Source: a phage
Direction: 5' to 3' (one strand)
Length of the DNA stretch: 64,000 nucleotides
Sequence record: PZ386957.1
The position numbers and the translations under genes are program-made. Under the pieces are notes generated by a model. That model was given only the letters and a program-made list of their open reading frames with translations, searched no databases and was not told where the DNA came from. Shown here piece by piece: positions 27,364 through 35,529 of this stretch. How positions within the stretch are numbered: position 1 is the first letter of the stretch; each line of letters starts with the position of its first letter.

Positions 27364-27960
27364 TTATTGGGTAGTACCATCAGTAAAATGTTTACGACAA
27401 ACAGAAACATATTTATCCTCGGCACCGACTTCTATTTGAGCACCATCACGGATAACGTTTCCATCTTTATCAACACGAAGGACCATTGTCGCTTTCTTGC
27501 CACAATGACAGATACCCTTCATTTCGACCAGTTTATCAGCCAATGCCATTAATGCCGCAGATCCTTCAAATAAATTTCCCTGAAAGTCGGTGCGAAGTCC
27601 ATAGCACAAAACAGGGATATTGGCATCATCAACCAGTGCACATAAGCCTAAAACATGTTCTTTAGTCATAAATTGGGCTTCATCCACAAATACAGCATCA
27701 GGACGCCAGCGTTCCGGTCTACGCTTACCTAGTGATTCACGGTACACAAGGTCGAAAAGATCATCAGATTTAGTGAATGTGATCGCTGGAGCACTTAGAC
27801 CAATCCGTGAAACAACTTCACTTTCTGAATCTCGATTATCAATCGCTGGTTTAAGAATTAATACTCGCATATCACGTTCTGTATAGTTATAAGCACTTTG
27901 TAACAGGGAAGTAGACTTACCAGCGTTCATAGATGCATAGTAGAAATATAGTTGCGCCAT
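27364..27960 (-). CDS. tk: Thymidine kinase
   Basis: 198 aa; Walker A MNAGKST; FVDEAQF; CHCGKKA zinc motif; matches T4 Tk throughout. Confidence 0.92.
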   Translation of the reverse strand: MAQLYFYYASMNAGKSTSLLQSAYNYTERDMRVLILKPAIDNRDSESEVVSRIGLSAPAITFTKSDDLFDLVYRESLGKRRPERWRPDAVFVDEAQFMTKEHVLGLCALVDDANIPVLCYGLRTDFQGNLFEGSAALMALADKLVEMKGICHCGKKATMVLRVDKDGNVIRDGAQIEVGAEDKYVSVCRKHFTDGTTQ

Positions 27961-28253
27961 TAATTAATCTCCAAAAATCCAGCAAGACCTAAACCGATAT
28001 AAGTCCAGATACCAATGAAAAAGATGTTAATACTCATGGCAAGGATAAACCCTTTTAGCGTTTTAGGATACCCAACCCAATATTCCCGACCATCTTCTAA
28101 CCGGATCAGTTTATTGCCTTGCGAGTCCATATCAACTACAACATGTTTATTTCGAGATTGCAATAGATATTGGTTTACAATCTCTACACCAGCCATAATA
28201 CAAATAACGAAAAGAAAAGTCCACACAACAAGATTAATGATAGTCTCAAGCAT
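27960..28253 (-). CDS. Membrane protein (2 TM)
   Basis: 97 aa; N- and C-terminal hydrophobic helices. Confidence 0.5.
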   Translation of the reverse strand: MLETIINLVVWTFLFVICIMAGVEIVNQYLLQSRNKHVVVDMDSQGNKLIRLEDGREYWVGYPKTLKGFILAMSINIFFIGIWTYIGLGLAGFLEIN

Positions 28254-28500
28254 TTTCTATCACCTCAACCCAATCCGGTAGTTCTTGAAAGACTCCATCG
28301 CCTTCATGATGTTTACAGCCTTTATTGGTGCAATACATCCACCAATCCCACATTCCCCACGGTAAACGCTGCATATCGTCGTTGCAGCAAGTGAAGATAA
28401 TAGGCCAACCACATCTAACACATCGGCAGTTTTCCTTCATGTGAGCGCTATTAGGCTTCATATTCCACCACCACAATATTGATATCCGGCGTAAAATCAT
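28246..28500 (-). CDS. Cys-rich small protein (putative Zn-binding)
   Basis: 84 aa; CRCVRCGWP..FTCCNDD..YCTNKGCKHH. Confidence 0.45.
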   Translation of the reverse strand: MILRRISILWWWNMKPNSAHMKENCRCVRCGWPIIFTCCNDDMQRLPWGMWDWWMYCTNKGCKHHEGDGVFQELPDWVEVIENA

Positions 28501-28906
28501 TAATGATTTCTTCTACGCATTCCCATTCTAGGCCGCCAATCCCACAACCAATTTTAGGAATATAGAACGGCTTAACAGTACCTTCAAATGCGAAGTTAAG
28601 TTGTTCGAATCCACGGATGATAGCGGAATATTCAGCATTTGGTCCTGGACGGAATTGCGTATAAAGATTAATACCCATCCAGTTATAACCATTAACGGTA
28701 TGATGCCAAACATTAAACTCGCCTAGCTTACTAGCCGTTCCTCTCGGTGTCTTTTTGTCAGTAGCCAATGCTTGTGGGAACTCTTTTGCGATCTTTGCAG
28801 CAATACCAGCGCCCATAGTATGAAAACAATTACAACCATGAATCAAATGACCGTTTCCTTGTTTAAACAGGGCGATGAGATCGCCCTTTACAGTATCAAT
28901 AATCAT
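28451..28906 (-). CDS. Macro-domain protein (TARG1/OARD1-like ADP-ribose hydrolase fold)
   Basis: 151 aa; GDLIALFKQGNGHLIHGCNCFHTMGAGIAAKIAKEF fits the TARG1-type macro core (H-C-x-x-x-MGAGIA). Confidence 0.6.
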   Translation of the reverse strand: MIIDTVKGDLIALFKQGNGHLIHGCNCFHTMGAGIAAKIAKEFPQALATDKKTPRGTASKLGEFNVWHHTVNGYNWMGINLYTQFRPGPNAEYSAIIRGFEQLNFAFEGTVKPFYIPKIGCGIGGLEWECVEEIINDFTPDINIVVVEYEA

Positions 28907-28921
28907 AATATAAACCTCTCA

Positions 28922-29281
28922 TTAGTCACGGGAAGACAACCCAGCCATAAAACGGCTTAAAAGCGTGTCACGATAAGCAAAGCATAATTGCTTATCAGGG
29001 GCAGTATCACACAGGTTGCGTTTTGTTTTAGCAAAGCTGGCAATACTCAGATCCCATGCTCGATTTTTTCGTTTTTCGTCTCGGCCTTGTTTGTAGGCTT
29101 CGTCGAGTTCAAGTGCGATAAAATCGCTACACATGTTATCATCATCACAGAAGGTTTTAATGATCTTTTTGTTGATCTCAAATCCTTTGTATTCGAATTT
29201 TGGATAAGGTCGCTCATTACTAGCAAGCGCACCAGCAGAGAACATCATAGCAATCATAGCAATTATTGTCAACTTTTTCAT
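28922..29281 (-). CDS. Secreted protein with signal peptide
   Basis: 119 aa; MKKLTIIAMIAMMFSAGALA signal peptide. Confidence 0.5.
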   Translation of the reverse strand: MKKLTIIAMIAMMFSAGALASNERPYPKFEYKGFEINKKIIKTFCDDDNMCSDFIALELDEAYKQGRDEKRKNRAWDLSIASFAKTKRNLCDTAPDKQLCFAYRDTLLSRFMAGLSSRD

Positions 29282-29288
29282 ATATTCC

Positions 29289-29879
29289 TCAATAGCGTTT
29301 AGTTTTAAGGATGCCTTTACTCTTTAAATGGTTAGCCTTTTTTAGTACATCATCAGCATAACCCAATCCGGCTTTATAGTTCCATCCAGCATTGTAAGAA
29401 GCTAGCGCGAGTCGGATATTACCGTTTCGAACATCCAGCCAGTATGCTAACTCATCCATCGCGTAGAATGCAGAAACCTCGCGATTCATGATAAAGTTAA
29501 TTGTCTGGCGATCACTCATTTTAACACCGCGCTTTGCATTTTTCGCTTTCACCGTTTTAAGGTAATTTTGAAATAATCCATAAGCATGATGATTTTTCTT
29601 TGGTGCTAAGTTTGCACCCGCGCTTGATTCTTGCCATGCGATACCCGCCAGGATGTGACCTAAACCCTTTCCGTTATAGCGAATATTCGGATGGTCATTT
29701 TTCAACTTACCGCTTTTCTCGAATTGTTCGCCGTATTGATAGGCGAAATGTAAATTATCTAGTTGGTGTGCTGTAAAGTTGTCTATCGGCGCTTTTTTGA
29801 TCGGTGCGCTAGTCGATGCGTGTGCAGCACCAACGGCTAGTGACAGACTCAATACTATCGCTTTTAGAACTTTTAACAT
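29289..29879 (-). CDS. Secreted lytic transglycosylase (SLT domain) with signal peptide
   Basis: 196 aa; signal peptide LSLAVGAAHAS; SLT motifs WQESS, GLFQ, SYNAG. Confidence 0.7.
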   Translation of the reverse strand: MLKVLKAIVLSLSLAVGAAHASTSAPIKKAPIDNFTAHQLDNLHFAYQYGEQFEKSGKLKNDHPNIRYNGKGLGHILAGIAWQESSAGANLAPKKNHHAYGLFQNYLKTVKAKNAKRGVKMSDRQTINFIMNREVSAFYAMDELAYWLDVRNGNIRLALASYNAGWNYKAGLGYADDVLKKANHLKSKGILKTKRY

Positions 29880-29913
29880 TAATTTCTCCTGTTTGGCTTA
29901 ACTTTCTGATTCC

Positions 29914-29942
29914 ATAATATAGCCCTATCACCAGAAAGTCAA
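29914..29942 (-). promoter_or_regulatory. Promoter TTGACT-17-TATTAT
   Basis: Minus-strand read upstream of the SLT gene; RBS CAGGAG. Confidence 0.55.
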
Positions 29943-29964
29943 GCATTAATTTAACCAATTTCCA

Positions 29965-30429
29965 TTATTGGTCCACTTTCAAAACAACCGCCGACATTTT
30001 ACCAGCCAGTCGTTTTGGATTCTCTATAATCATTCGGCAGCATAGACCGTGATACGGTTTACCCTCTTCGATTAGATCTACTGTCATCCCGATCCACATG
30101 TTATTGTCAGTGATTTCTAATCGATTAGGTCGGTCTTCCATTTTCAGGAAGTCGAAGATCTCTGGCAAACGAGTTTCAATCTTATTGAATAGTTCCATCG
30201 TTTTATGTTCATCAATATGACGATCTGTTAGTCGATCAATCATGTGTGGACTAAAACGAATGAAAATATATTCACCGTAACCATCATTCAAGCATTTTTC
30301 TTTAATCTGCGCGTTAGTCTTACGCATTTCGGTTTCGAAGAATCTGCGCAGCTTGCTACGGCGAACGTGTACGTTAATTGTTTCCATTTTATTCTCCTTT
30401 CTTAAACAAATTGTGAAGCCAGTATACAA
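29965..30429 (-). CDS. Hypothetical protein
   Basis: 154-aa ORF; likely start at internal METINVHV. Confidence 0.5.
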   Translation of the reverse strand: MYTGFTICLRKENKMETINVHVRRSKLRRFFETEMRKTNAQIKEKCLNDGYGEYIFIRFSPHMIDRLTDRHIDEHKTMELFNKIETRLPEIFDFLKMEDRPNRLEITDNNMWIGMTVDLIEEGKPYHGLCCRMIIENPKRLAGKMSAVVLKVDQ

Positions 30430-30700
30430 ACGGGATTTCTTTAAACTTGAACTTACCCATATTGAGCATATTCACGCCGACACTTAAATCCCATAATTCT
30501 TTTGGGGTGATAATATGCCATTGATGGTCATGAAGATAAACACAACCGTGGCCTTTTGCAATAATAACATCAACCCAAATGCCTTGTTTTGTTCTAACTT
30601 TTGCGGTAATGCCATCCCCATTATCAATGGCAGCATAAGGTTTAAACGCTTCGAAATATCGGCTTCCGTCGTAATTTGTATAAATCAAAATTTCTTTCAT
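30389..30700 (-). CDS. Hypothetical protein
   Basis: 103-aa ORF after promoter/stem-loop 30728-30757. Confidence 0.5.
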   Translation of the reverse strand: MKEILIYTNYDGSRYFEAFKPYAAIDNGDGITAKVRTKQGIWVDVIIAKGHGCVYLHDHQWHIITPKELWDLSVGVNMLNMGKFKFKEIPFVYWLHNLFKKGE

Positions 30701-30727
30701 TTGGTTCTCCCTTGTTTCGATGGGGGT

Positions 30728-30757
30728 ATATTACTACCCCCCGTTTCATGTTGTCAA
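30728..30757 (-). promoter_or_regulatory. Promoter TTGACA-18-TAATAT, -10 inside inverted repeat GGGGGTAG...TACCCCC
   Basis: Minus-strand read upstream of 30389-30700. Confidence 0.55.
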
Positions 30758-31018
30758 CTACTTTTTCAAGAATTTTTTAATTGCGTTCCAAAGACCTTTA
30801 TTCTCAGGTTGTTTTGGTTCTTCGATCAGTGTCCATGTTCGACCGTCTAAGTGTGCACAATTTTTAAGGCAAATAAAAATCTGGTGTCCCTTATCATCAC
30901 GGATATAACCACTATTCGCAAATCTTTCATGTGGTGTATATTCATACAGTGTATTTGGTGTAATATACTTGCGGTTACTATAAGGTGTCATCACATACAT
31001 CATGGTATTAACTCCCAT
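30758..31018 (-). CDS. Small protein, paralog A
   Basis: 86 aa; shares Y.FTP...GYI.DD.G..I.I.L..C.HL.G..W.LI pattern with 31000-31194. Confidence 0.5.
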   Translation of the reverse strand: MGVNTMMYVMTPYSNRKYITPNTLYEYTPHERFANSGYIRDDKGHQIFICLKNCAHLDGRTWTLIEEPKQPENKGLWNAIKKFLKK

Positions 31019-31194
31019 TTATCACCGCGAAGATGAGAACATCCACCATCAAGAAGTATCGTAATACGATAACCTATATCATCTTTGATGTAACCGATTG
31101 TCGGTGGATTTTCGTCGTCTCGTGTCGGGGTAAAATCATACATCTTTCCGGGCGTAATATCTTGTCCTTTATTGCTATTGGTATAAACTTGCAT
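31000..31194 (-). CDS. Small protein, paralog B
   Basis: 64 aa; same pattern as 30758-31018. Confidence 0.5.
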   Translation of the reverse strand: MQVYTNSNKGQDITPGKMYDFTPTRDDENPPTIGYIKDDIGYRITILLDGGCSHLRGDKWELIP

Positions 31195-31215
31195 TTTCTT
31201 AATCTCCTATATTAA

Positions 31216-31914
31216 CTAACCACGTGTATAGTGTTCCAGAACAACGGTCAGATGAATATCTTCTAATAAATCTTTCCAAAAGTCAACATATGGTTCTTCC
31301 GGCATACCGTTTTTCTTTGCCTCTTCACGCGCGAGTTTAACACGCTCGTAGAGATCTTTCAATTCTTCCCGCACATCATCAAAGGTTCTTTCGCCCATCT
31401 TACATGCTAAGATAGAATCACGTTGAGATAGCGGGAATTGTAGATCACCTGTCTGATAGATTTCAAGTAGCTGATAACCAACACGCAGAGCATGAGAAAG
31501 ATCTTTCCAGTTACTGAAATACTTTTCAGATTTGGCTACCTGTTTCTTGAGATAACCAGACAAACCCCACATCCCAACATGATAGAATTTATCGCGATGT
31601 GTTCGGATGTATTCCCATTCTCTGGAGGATTCAATCAACATGTTACTAGGCGCGTGCACCATGTCAATAGCGCCAATATCACCTTTACATGCCAGATTGA
31701 TAAACCGTTTTAGACTGAACATATTAACGTCAATATCGTCTTTGGTGTTCTTGATACCTTGACCGCTAGTGCTTTGGTCATAGTGTTCTTTCATCGATCC
31801 TAAGATAATTTCTTTAGCAGTCGGAACAAAGATACCACGATAATCTTTATCGGAATTTTCAGTATTAAGGCCGTATAAGTGAGATCCGAAGACCATTTTA
31901 ACCATTGTATGCAT
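31216..31914 (-). CDS. Pol-beta superfamily nucleotidyltransferase
   Basis: 232 aa; N-terminal GSHLYGLNTENSDKDYRGIFV (GS-x9-D-x-D nucleotidyltransferase signature). Confidence 0.6.
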   Translation of the reverse strand: MHTMVKMVFGSHLYGLNTENSDKDYRGIFVPTAKEIILGSMKEHYDQSTSGQGIKNTKDDIDVNMFSLKRFINLACKGDIGAIDMVHAPSNMLIESSREWEYIRTHRDKFYHVGMWGLSGYLKKQVAKSEKYFSNWKDLSHALRVGYQLLEIYQTGDLQFPLSQRDSILACKMGERTFDDVREELKDLYERVKLAREEAKKNGMPEEPYVDFWKDLLEDIHLTVVLEHYTRG

Positions 31915-31956
31915 AATTAAACCCTCAGTTGATTAAGAGATTGCATCATATCATCA

Positions 31957-31989
31957 TAAAAAGAAAAAGCCAACCCTTTCGGATTGGCT
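31957..31989 (-). terminator. Intrinsic terminator after the GrcA-like gene
   Basis: AGCCAATCC-GAAA-GGGTTGGCT then TTTTTCTTTTT. Confidence 0.75.
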
Positions 31990-31995
31990 TAGAGT

Positions 31996-32412
31996 TTACA
32001 TTGATTCCGTAAAGGTTCGAGTAATAATATCTAATTGTTGCTCACGAGTTAAGCTATTGAAGCGGCAAGCATAGCCCGAAATTCGTACAGTTAGCGACGG
32101 GTATTTTTCAGGATTTTCCAGCGCATCCAGAAGAAGATCGCGATTCATTACGTTGACATTGATATGTTGAGCACCGCGATTAGTTCCGATCTCACCGTCA
32201 ACCATCACCGAACGGAAGCTAGTTGTGTGCAGTGCCAGCGAATCTACGTCTTCGGCAGTGATCACATGGTCTTCTGCGAAAGTCTTACTAACAATTACTT
32301 TAGCACCGATCAGTGCTTTCGGTTCTGATACCAGAATCATAGGCGCGAAGTGTCCACCAATAACAGTACCTTTATGCTCACCTTTCATGATTTGAATTGC
32401 TTTAAATTCCAT
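31996..32412 (-). CDS. Autonomous glycyl radical cofactor (GrcA/YfiD-like)
   Basis: 138 aa; C-terminal GAQHINVNV..PEKYPSLTVRISGYACRFNSLTREQQLDIITRTFTESM closely parallels E. coli GrcA glycyl-radical motif. Confidence 0.8.
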   Translation of the reverse strand: MEFKAIQIMKGEHKGTVIGGHFAPMILVSEPKALIGAKVIVSKTFAEDHVITAEDVDSLALHTTSFRSVMVDGEIGTNRGAQHINVNVMNRDLLLDALENPEKYPSLTVRISGYACRFNSLTREQQLDIITRTFTESM

Positions 32413-32547
32413 AATTCACCTCTTATAGATCAGGACGTTCGTCATTAATTTTACCAACCAAAACCCCATAGAGTTTATCAGGTTGGACTTTACGATTCTT
32501 TTTAATTGTAGCACGAAATCGACGAGCTACGCTATCTTTATTTTTCA

Positions 32548-33039
32548 TCAGTTGATACCTAAGCCAATGAAAATAGGTTGGTCTTCTACATTACCCATCC
32601 CAACACTAAGTCGATTTACTTCTAAAAACTGCAATACGCTGTCAGTAAATCCGCGCATGGTAGTATCTAGGATAAAAATTGTTTTGTCAAGCCGACGACC
32701 TCGCCATGTAATCGGATTCAGGAAAGTTCGGATAGACGTGCAATCTATATTTGAAATGTTGATATTTTCACCACGACCGCGATCTCGGATCGTTTTGGCA
32801 TGTTCCCGCGTCGTTGAAACGATAAAGACACTATAGCCTTTTCGCGTATAATGGTCATATAACTTGATTGTAGCGTCTGTATGCCCTGTTTGACGTCCTA
32901 AATTGATTGAGACGATGGAATCTAGGTCATCAGCAAAATTGCGCTTCTTACGGCGTTCTATGATGCCATTTACGGAAGAAACACACATAGCATAAATCAA
33001 ATCTTTACTTTCTAATTCTAAATCAATGTCAATATTCAT
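32548..33039 (-). CDS. Hypothetical protein
   Basis: 163-aa ORF. Confidence 0.5.
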   Translation of the reverse strand: MNIDIDLELESKDLIYAMCVSSVNGIIERRKKRNFADDLDSIVSINLGRQTGHTDATIKLYDHYTRKGYSVFIVSTTREHAKTIRDRGRGENINISNIDCTSIRTFLNPITWRGRRLDKTIFILDTTMRGFTDSVLQFLEVNRLSVGMGNVEDQPIFIGLGIN

Positions 33040-33099
33040 AATAAGTCTCCAGTAAACGGGGAGAGATCCTTAGATTGTCTCCCCATTGATGGTTAATAA

Positions 33100-33489
33100 T
33101 TATTTTGGATCTGGGTAAGCAGAACTCAGCAATTCAAAATGCACACCGTCTTTGAATGCCAAAAAATCCCCGCCCCATTTAATCGGAATATTCAATTCCT
33201 TACTAGCTTGTTTAAATGCATCAGCGATCATTCGGTAATATTTCATGTTCCATGTATCCTTATCTTTCGGATACGCTACAACATCAACCGCGAAGCCATG
33301 AAGATGGCGAGATTTCATAGTCTTAGACTTACCTTCCGCAAAATATTTCTTCTGCGTTTCCAGACTGCGCACACCTTCCGTAATGCCAAAATCTACAGGA
33401 GTTAATTCAAGTGCGCGAGTCGCCACCTTAACCAGATCTGGATGCACACCAACAAGTCGGTCTTTACTTCTTTGAGATAATTTAAACAT
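33100..33489 (-). CDS. Peptidase M15-type cell-wall hydrolase (putative endolysin, L-Ala-D-Glu peptidase-like)
   Basis: 129 aa; zinc-peptidase motifs SRHLHGFAVD and DGVHFE. Confidence 0.7.
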   Translation of the reverse strand: MFKLSQRSKDRLVGVHPDLVKVATRALELTPVDFGITEGVRSLETQKKYFAEGKSKTMKSRHLHGFAVDVVAYPKDKDTWNMKYYRMIADAFKQASKELNIPIKWGGDFLAFKDGVHFELLSSAYPDPK

Positions 33490-33517
33490 TATTCACCCCC
33501 TTTGTGAGTGATAATAT

Positions 33518-33709
33518 TTAGATTCCGGTGATCCTGCATAGAGTTCTTGTATTAGCACCAATCAGGATAGCATTAACGACAACCATTCCCCAATCAACCC
33601 ACGGATTATTATAAATGCTGAATCCGTTTGCAAGGCCAAATACAAGCATTCCGGTACACATACTCAGAGCAATAATCAACATCACGGTAAAACCAAATGC
33701 AAATTTCAT
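33518..33709 (-). CDS. Small membrane protein (2 TM)
   Basis: 63 aa, almost entirely hydrophobic. Confidence 0.5.
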   Translation of the reverse strand: MKFAFGFTVMLIIALSMCTGMLVFGLANGFSIYNNPWVDWGMVVVNAILIGANTRTLCRITGI

Positions 33710-33710
33710 A

Positions 33711-33941
33711 TTATTTTCCTTTTCTCTGTTTACGTTTATAAAAGTAATACATTACCTCATCGCGTCCGGTGATCCAACATGCTAGGGCAGTAAACAAGTT
33801 TACAATTCCCAACACACCTACGGATGCGGCGCTATCAACGGACATAGGAACAGTAAAGGCCATAGCTAGCATCGCAACGCCACAAATGATATTAAGCACC
33901 ATTATAATAAGACCGAAGAAAACCATTGTCAATCCTCCCAA
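33711..33941 (-). CDS. Small membrane protein (2 TM)
   Basis: 76 aa hydrophobic with basic C-terminus. Confidence 0.5.
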   Translation of the reverse strand: MGGLTMVFFGLIIMVLNIICGVAMLAMAFTVPMSVDSAASVGVLGIVNLFTALACWITGRDEVMYYFYKRKQRKGK

Positions 33942-34120
33942 ATAAGAAAACCAACAATCACACCCATAATAAGAGAGGATGCACCACTAATCAAGCAACC
34001 CGCGCCAAGTGATTCCCACCAGATCAGGGAAGCGACAATAACGCAAAATCCCCAGACTACCGCAATTATAACATAGACAAACATAATCCAAAATAGATAC
34101 TTGTTCATAATAAATCCCAT
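33929..34120 (-). CDS. Small membrane protein (2 TM)
   Basis: 63 aa hydrophobic. Confidence 0.5.
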   Translation of the reverse strand: MGFIMNKYLFWIMFVYVIIAVVWGFCVIVASLIWWESLGAGCLISGASSLIMGVIVGFLIWED

Positions 34121-34293
34121 TCACCAATCAAATATGAAAATAGCCAAATAAACAGAAACGAGACAATTGATCCAGCAAGCAAAATAATATTAGAGAATCC
34201 GCCGTTTATCCAGTCGATCAAACAGAATATTCCAGTATAGAAACACAACCCAATTACAAAACAGACGATAAGCAACCATAGGTAAAACGCCAT
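34105..34293 (-). CDS. Small membrane protein (2 TM)
   Basis: 62 aa hydrophobic. Confidence 0.5.
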   Translation of the reverse strand: MAFYLWLLIVCFVIGLCFYTGIFCLIDWINGGFSNIILLAGSIVSFLFIWLFSYLIGEWDLL

Positions 34294-34515
34294 AGAAAGC
34301 CCTCCAGTGAGCTAAATTAGTGCGGGTAGTACATTCTCCTACCCGCGTTGTTAATCATCGTATAGCGTGTTCTATGGCGACTCCTACAAGGCCACTAACA
34401 ACACCAGTACAGAAAGCAACTAGAGCATTCATTCGGTCTTTAGGGATCATTGCAAACAGTACAACACCCACACAGAAAGCCATCACCATTGAAGTTAACA
34501 TTTGTTCCATCATTA

Positions 34516-34854
34516 TTACACCTTTAAAGTCATAGACGCATAAACATTAATACCAGGCCAATTGGGATCACAATTATACTCAACATCCCACAAATAAAGC
34601 GGTTTGGATGTATCAGCCAAGTTTTTAAAATCTTCTACCCACATTTCAAGGCTATAGGATGGATAAACTAGGCTATCATATCCACCGTAACGTTGGCCTA
34701 CTGGTCTGTCAGTAAAAACTACCTCAAGATCCGGTAATTCTTTTTCTAGGATAACCGCCAGCGCATAAATCAGGCGGTCTTCCTTGTTACGCTGCCGTAG
34801 GACCGTTGTCAGTTGGTTCTTCTGGTTCACTAGCAAGTACCTCCACATTTTCAC
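34516..34854 (-). CDS. Hypothetical protein
   Basis: 112-aa soluble ORF. Confidence 0.45.
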   Translation of the reverse strand: MKMWRYLLVNQKNQLTTVLRQRNKEDRLIYALAVILEKELPDLEVVFTDRPVGQRYGGYDSLVYPSYSLEMWVEDFKNLADTSKPLYLWDVEYNCDPNWPGINVYASMTLKV

Positions 34855-35125
34855 AGAATGAAATTTTCACGGACACAATTTTACCATAAGTGAAGAATGA
34901 ATATACATTATCGAGATATTCAACATCACCTACAATCACATCAAACTGCGGGTCAGCCACTGCCGCAACATATTCTACCAGTTCATCAAGAGAATGCAAC
35001 TTAATTTCATCAATTCGGCTATATTTGGTTGCATCTTTAATTTTAAAACCACGTTCTTTCAGCTTATCAATCAGAATTTCACGCGGAGTTTCAAACAGTT
35101 TGCTCATAATATAATCCTCACACAA
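34787..35125 (-). CDS. Hypothetical protein
   Basis: 112-aa ORF; start likely the internal MSKLFETP. Confidence 0.45.
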   Translation of the reverse strand: MCEDYIMSKLFETPREILIDKLKERGFKIKDATKYSRIDEIKLHSLDELVEYVAAVADPQFDVIVGDVEYLDNVYSFFTYGKIVSVKISFCENVEVLASEPEEPTDNGPTAA

Positions 35126-35129
35126 TTAA

Positions 35130-35324
35130 TCAATGGTCAATAATCTTACACATTACAATTGAAAGAACAAAGACAGCAACCCACATATAGATCCCAGCAA
35201 TCAGGGCAATTTCAATCTCACAGTATCCAAGAAGTACAACAGGAATAAAAACAAACATACAGACCAGCGCAAAGAAACTAGCAAAGGCGCTCGAAAATCC
35301 GATGGCAGTATTAGTAATCTTCAT
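35130..35324 (-). CDS. Small membrane protein (2 TM)
   Basis: 64 aa hydrophobic. Confidence 0.5.
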   Translation of the reverse strand: MKITNTAIGFSSAFASFFALVCMFVFIPVVLLGYCEIEIALIAGIYMWVAVFVLSIVMCKIIDH

Positions 35325-35330
35325 ATTAAG

Positions 35331-35528
35331 TCATCTCACAGTTTTATAAATGAAAACAATAAAATCCCAGACAAAAAAGACAGTGAAAATAATCATCGTC
35401 AAGACAGTAAACACTGTCAGATTTTCATCGTTAGTTAATTCATAGTCGCCCATCCATACAATCACAAGATATAGCATTGAAAGAACGGAAGCACCTACGA
35501 AGTTGAAAAACATATTCTTGAGCGTCAT
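35331..35528 (-). CDS. Small membrane protein (2 TM)
   Basis: 65 aa hydrophobic. Confidence 0.5.
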   Translation of the reverse strand: MTLKNMFFNFVGASVLSMLYLVIVWMGDYELTNDENLTVFTVLTMIIFTVFFVWDFIVFIYKTVR

Positions 35529-35529
35529 A

